A stretch of DNA of 62,272 nt, counting the filler, from Nitrospinota bacterium (GTDB lineage Bacteria; JAUXIQ01): assembly GCA_030620925.1 (NCBI GenBank). It is 8 parts of 8 records of this genome, joined end to end, with 100 filler letters (N's around TTAATTAATTAA, not from the genome) between each part and the next. Parts side by side here need not be neighbours in the genome. Positions count along the whole stretch, not along the records: positions 56,403 to 59,339 come from JAUXIQ010000384.1; positions 59,440 to 62,272 come from JAUXIQ010000401.1; 6 more parts are not named here. The stretch is one strand, 5' to 3'. Shown piece after piece: positions 59,250 through 62,272 of this stretch (its first letter is position 1; each line of letters begins with the position of its first letter). The notes beneath the pieces are model-generated. The model saw nothing but the letters and a program-made list of their open reading frames with translations, was not told the DNA's origin and ran no database searches. The position numbers and the translations under genes are program-made.

Positions 59250-59302
59250 GTAGGGGCGTCGCTTGCTGCGCCCGTTTCGGGCAGGGCAAGCCCTGCCCCT
59301 AC
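59250..59302. repeat. Inverted REP doublet (REPIN-like)
   Basis: GTAGGGGCGTCGCTTGCTGCGCCC-GTTTC-GGGCAGGGCAAGCCCTGCCCCTAC, close to a contig end. Confidence 0.7.
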
Positions 59303-59339
59303 GCACCCTCCCCCAGTCCCTTCAGCGACCAACTCTGCG

Positions 59340-59439
59340 NNNNNNNNNNNNNNNNNNNNNNNNNNNNNNNNNNNNNNNNNNNNTTAATTAATTAANNNNN
59401 NNNNNNNNNNNNNNNNNNNNNNNNNNNNNNNNNNNNNNN
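59340..59439. other. Artificial contig-joining spacer
   Basis: N44-TTAATTAATTAA-N44. Confidence 0.98.
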
Positions 59440-59539
59440 CCAGGACCTCCAGAATCCGGTCGGCCCTCCTTTTGACCCATCTAATGCTTACTCTGCTCCG
59501 GCTTTGTTTGCTTTCCGCCAAAATCGAATTCGGGGACAC
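59440..59539 (-). CDS. Probable N-terminus of rRNA maturation RNase YbeY (truncated)
   Basis: GTG start, (M)SPNSILAESKQSRSRVSIRWVKRRADRILEVL; sits in the conserved phoH-HD-ybeY order. No YbeY core motif is visible. Confidence 0.5.
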
Positions 59540-61853
59540 TATGGGGAATCTCCTCCACTCCTTCTTCCTGTTGAGGATAGGTAATTCGCTGGTGAAAGAT
59601 GGCGGCAAGTATCCTCACGAAGCTATCCACGATGATGTGCAGGTCTTTCAGGGATAGGTCGCACTCATCGAGCTGACCATCGATGAAATTATGGTTGACG
59701 ATCCGTTGCACCACGTTATTGAGTCTTGCCGGTGTGGGGTTCCCGAGGGTTCTGGCCGCTGCTTCCACGGAATCCGCCAACATCACGATGGCCGCTTCCT
59801 TACCCTGCGGTTTGGGGCCATGATAGCGGAAATCGTTTTCGTCGACCTCCTGGTGACTCTGATTGTTCTGTTCCTTGGCTTTGTTGTAAAAGAAGGATAT
59901 AAGGTTGGTGCCGTGGTGCTGTTTTATTATATCTATGATCGCCGGAGGCAGCTTATGCTCTCTGCCCAGTTCCGCCCCGTCTTTGATATGCGATATCAGG
60001 ATGAGGCCGCTCATGCTGGGGGAAAGCTTATCGTGCCGGTTCACGCTGTCCTGCTGATTCTCGATGAAGTACTCTGGTTTGTAAATCTTCCCCACGTCAT
60101 GATAGTAGGATGCCACCCGGGCGAAAAGGTCGTTAGCCATCACATTTTTAGCCGCTTCCTCGGCCAGGCTGCCCACCACAACGCTGTGGTGGTAAGTCCC
60201 CGGCGCCTGCACGACGAGCTCCCGCAACAGGGGGTGGTTGGGGTCGGACAGCTCCAGAAGCTTGATATCGGTGGCCATATTGAACAAGGACTCGAAGATG
60301 GGCAGTATCCCAGAAACAATGATGCCCACCATTATGCCTCCCACGAATCCCATCAGGGCGTCGAAGCCCCCCTGGGTGGTGAACAGCGTATTGTTTATCA
60401 GATCGGCGGACACCACTATCGCCAGGCTTCCAAGGCCCACGAATACCCCTGTGAGCAGGAGCGTCGAGCGCTGTCGATACTGTTTCCCCCGGAAACTGGC
60501 CACCAGGCTTCCCACCAGGGCCAATAGCGGATAGGATATGTTATCTCTGATCAGAACTCCGGCGAGGATAAAGGTGGCCACCGAAAAGAGGATGGCTATT
60601 TCCATATCGAAAAGTATCGCCGCCAACATTGCTCCTATGGCGAAGGGGATGGCATAGTAAAAGGACGTCTGCAGGATAAGGCTCTGACTTTCAGCCATAG
60701 AACCGGCGATATATATAGCCCCCTTGATGAAGAGTATATTACCCACGAAAATGGCGGACAGAAGGATGAGCTGTTGATTATTGCTGATGACCCAATGCTT
60801 GAATTTCGAGAGATAGATCCAGCCCAGGTAGAGGATAGTTATCACCAGGACCAGCAACCCCAGCCAGGTATAGATCATCTTGATCCCGCTCACGGCCGGA
60901 GCCAGCCCCTGAAGCTTCATGAGTTTCTCTTCAGTGATGGGGTCTCCCGCCCGTATGATGCTCTCGCCTTTCTTGAGCTCGAAATATACAGGTTTCACTT
61001 CATCCACCGCCCGCTGGATTCGGGTTTGAGTTTCGGCCAGATTTACCACCAGGTTGGGCCTGACAAATTCGAGGGTGAGGCTTCGCACTATAGTCCTAAT
61101 CTCATTGGGTTTTTCGGGCACAAGGCGAGAGATCGCTTTCTGGAGGAAGGGCTCTAAAGTGGAGCTATCCAGGATGGAATCGGTGTCCGTGACGGACCTC
61201 GCTTCTCCCGTCTCCAGGTTTCTGATAACAATACCGTTCACAGAAGCCAGGAGGTATTCCCTATCATCACCTACCATTCCCCTGTTAAGAACCACCCTCA
61301 TGACGTTTATAATATGTTCAGCGATCTTGGGTTGATACTTATTCCTCTCCAGCATACGGATCGTGTTATCGCTAACCTTTACCCCCAGTCGTTCTCTAAA
61401 AACTTCCGCCCTGCGCGCTTTGAGCTTCGTAGAATTTTTCGCTGATTTATCCTTGGGGGCATTTCCCTCCAGGGCATGCACCTGGGCGAAGGCATCGTTC
61501 ACCCTCAGAGAGATTTCGGAGAGGATTATGCTATCCAGGTCAAACACGGTGGAGACTTCTTTCTCGGCTGCTTCTATCCTCCGCTCTGTAGCCTGAACGT
61601 CCTTAAGCAGATAATCAGCCGGCGCTTTGATATCTCTGGTGGCGATATTCCCGACTTTGTAATCGGGTTGAGAAATCCTCAGGTTGGGGACGAGAAGGAT
61701 GGTAAGAATTATGGCGACGGTAAATCCGAGTGCAATCTTTGCCACCTGCGGCATACTCTTCCGCTCCACTTCCCACAACCTTTGTGCGATATGGGGCTTA
61801 GCCTGCAATCTGCCAGCCTGTTTTCTGACTCGCTTCTTTTTATCGTTTTCCAA
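59481..61853 (-). CDS. 7TM-HD (HDIG) phosphohydrolase, PgpH-like cyclic-di-nucleotide phosphodiesterase family
   Basis: Extracellular domain + 7 TM + APGTYHHS, YYHDVGK, QHHGT, MLADSVEAA. Confidence 0.88.
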   Translation of the reverse strand: MENDKKKRVRKQAGRLQAKPHIAQRLWEVERKSMPQVAKIALGFTVAIILTILLVPNLRISQPDYKVGNIATRDIKAPADYLLKDVQATERRIEAAEKEVSTVFDLDSIILSEISLRVNDAFAQVHALEGNAPKDKSAKNSTKLKARRAEVFRERLGVKVSDNTIRMLERNKYQPKIAEHIINVMRVVLNRGMVGDDREYLLASVNGIVIRNLETGEARSVTDTDSILDSSTLEPFLQKAISRLVPEKPNEIRTIVRSLTLEFVRPNLVVNLAETQTRIQRAVDEVKPVYFELKKGESIIRAGDPITEEKLMKLQGLAPAVSGIKMIYTWLGLLVLVITILYLGWIYLSKFKHWVISNNQQLILLSAIFVGNILFIKGAIYIAGSMAESQSLILQTSFYYAIPFAIGAMLAAILFDMEIAILFSVATFILAGVLIRDNISYPLLALVGSLVASFRGKQYRQRSTLLLTGVFVGLGSLAIVVSADLINNTLFTTQGGFDALMGFVGGIMVGIIVSGILPIFESLFNMATDIKLLELSDPNHPLLRELVVQAPGTYHHSVVVGSLAEEAAKNVMANDLFARVASYYHDVGKIYKPEYFIENQQDSVNRHDKLSPSMSGLILISHIKDGAELGREHKLPPAIIDIIKQHHGTNLISFFYNKAKEQNNQSHQEVDENDFRYHGPKPQGKEAAIVMLADSVEAAARTLGNPTPARLNNVVQRIVNHNFIDGQLDECDLSLKDLHIIVDSFVRILAAIFHQRITYPQQEEGVEEIPHSVPEFDFGGKQTKPEQSKH

Positions 61854-61878
61854 AATTTATGCCTCGGCCTGTGATACC

Positions 61879-62272
61879 TTATCGACCCTTGCCGACTCTT
61901 CTGTCTTTGGGTCGGTCCTCGTATTGCTCGTAAGCCCTGACCATCTGCTGAACCAGTTCGTGCCTCACCACGTCATGCTCGTCGAAGTAGACGAACTTGG
62001 CGCCTATAACGGCCCTCAGTACGTCTTGAATCTCTTTGAGGCCGGAATTTTTACCCACCGGCAGGTCCACCTGGGTGATGTCGCCCGTAACCACGACCTT
62101 AGAGTTAAATCCCATTCTGGTGAGGAACATTTTCATCTGTTCTGAAGTGGTGTTTTGAGCCTCATCGAGTATTATGAAGGAATCGTTGAGCGTCCTGCCC
62201 CTCATGTAGGCCAGGGGCGCCACTTCTATGGTGCCCCGCTCCTGAAACTTCTGCACCATATCGAAATCCATC
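61879..62272 (-). CDS. phoH: PhoH family ATPase, 5' truncated
   Basis: [38 protein letters not shown]. Confidence 0.94.
   Translation of the reverse strand, partial: MDFDMVQKFQERGTIEVAPLAYMRGRTLNDSFIILDEAQNTTSEQMKMFLTRMGFNSKVVVTGDITQVDLPVGKNSGLKEIQDVLRAVIGAKFVYFDEHDVVRHELVQQMVRAYEQYEDRPKDRRVGKGR

Overview
This window is not one contiguous locus. It is eight short contigs of a draft or metagenome-assembled bacterial genome joined by seven identical artificial 100-nt spacers (N44-TTAATTAATTAA-N44) at 8217, 20713, 33228, 44577, 53602, 56303 and 59340, so gene neighbourhoods only mean something within a contig. The gene content points to a diderm anaerobe (LapB, MltD, a porin, an LpxC-like gene, many Fe-S, tungsten and radical enzymes), plausibly Desulfobacterota- or Nitrospinota-like (inference). 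Housekeeping genes include serA, purA, purF/purL, proBA, nadD, rsfS, leuCD-like genes, iscRSU-like genes, queCED, hypBA, hup and phoH-HD-ybeY. The accessory genes centre on anaerobic CoA-ester and aldehyde chemistry: a KAS-III/HMG-CoA-synthase-like domain lacking its catalytic Cys, fused to DUF35 and followed by an SCP2-type thiolase (PhlABC-like layout); a 4-hydroxybutyryl-CoA dehydratase homolog; 2-hydroxyacyl-CoA dehydratase/benzoyl-CoA reductase-type subunits; two tandem AOR-family oxidoreductases that share an unusual change in a conserved motif; and an AliB-type acyl-CoA dehydrogenase. The best candidates for undescribed systems are (i) a self-contained three-gene Fe-S/ferredoxin/V4R-like operon with a structured leader (14840-16898), (ii) the PhlABC-like fusion plus thiolase, and (iii) the dual-AOR cluster. 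A complete sigma54 promoter with a tandem NtrC-type enhancer precedes porin-glnK-amtB. I saw no rRNA, tRNA, CRISPR array, transposase or prophage genes. All calls come from reading motifs by eye; no database searches were run.
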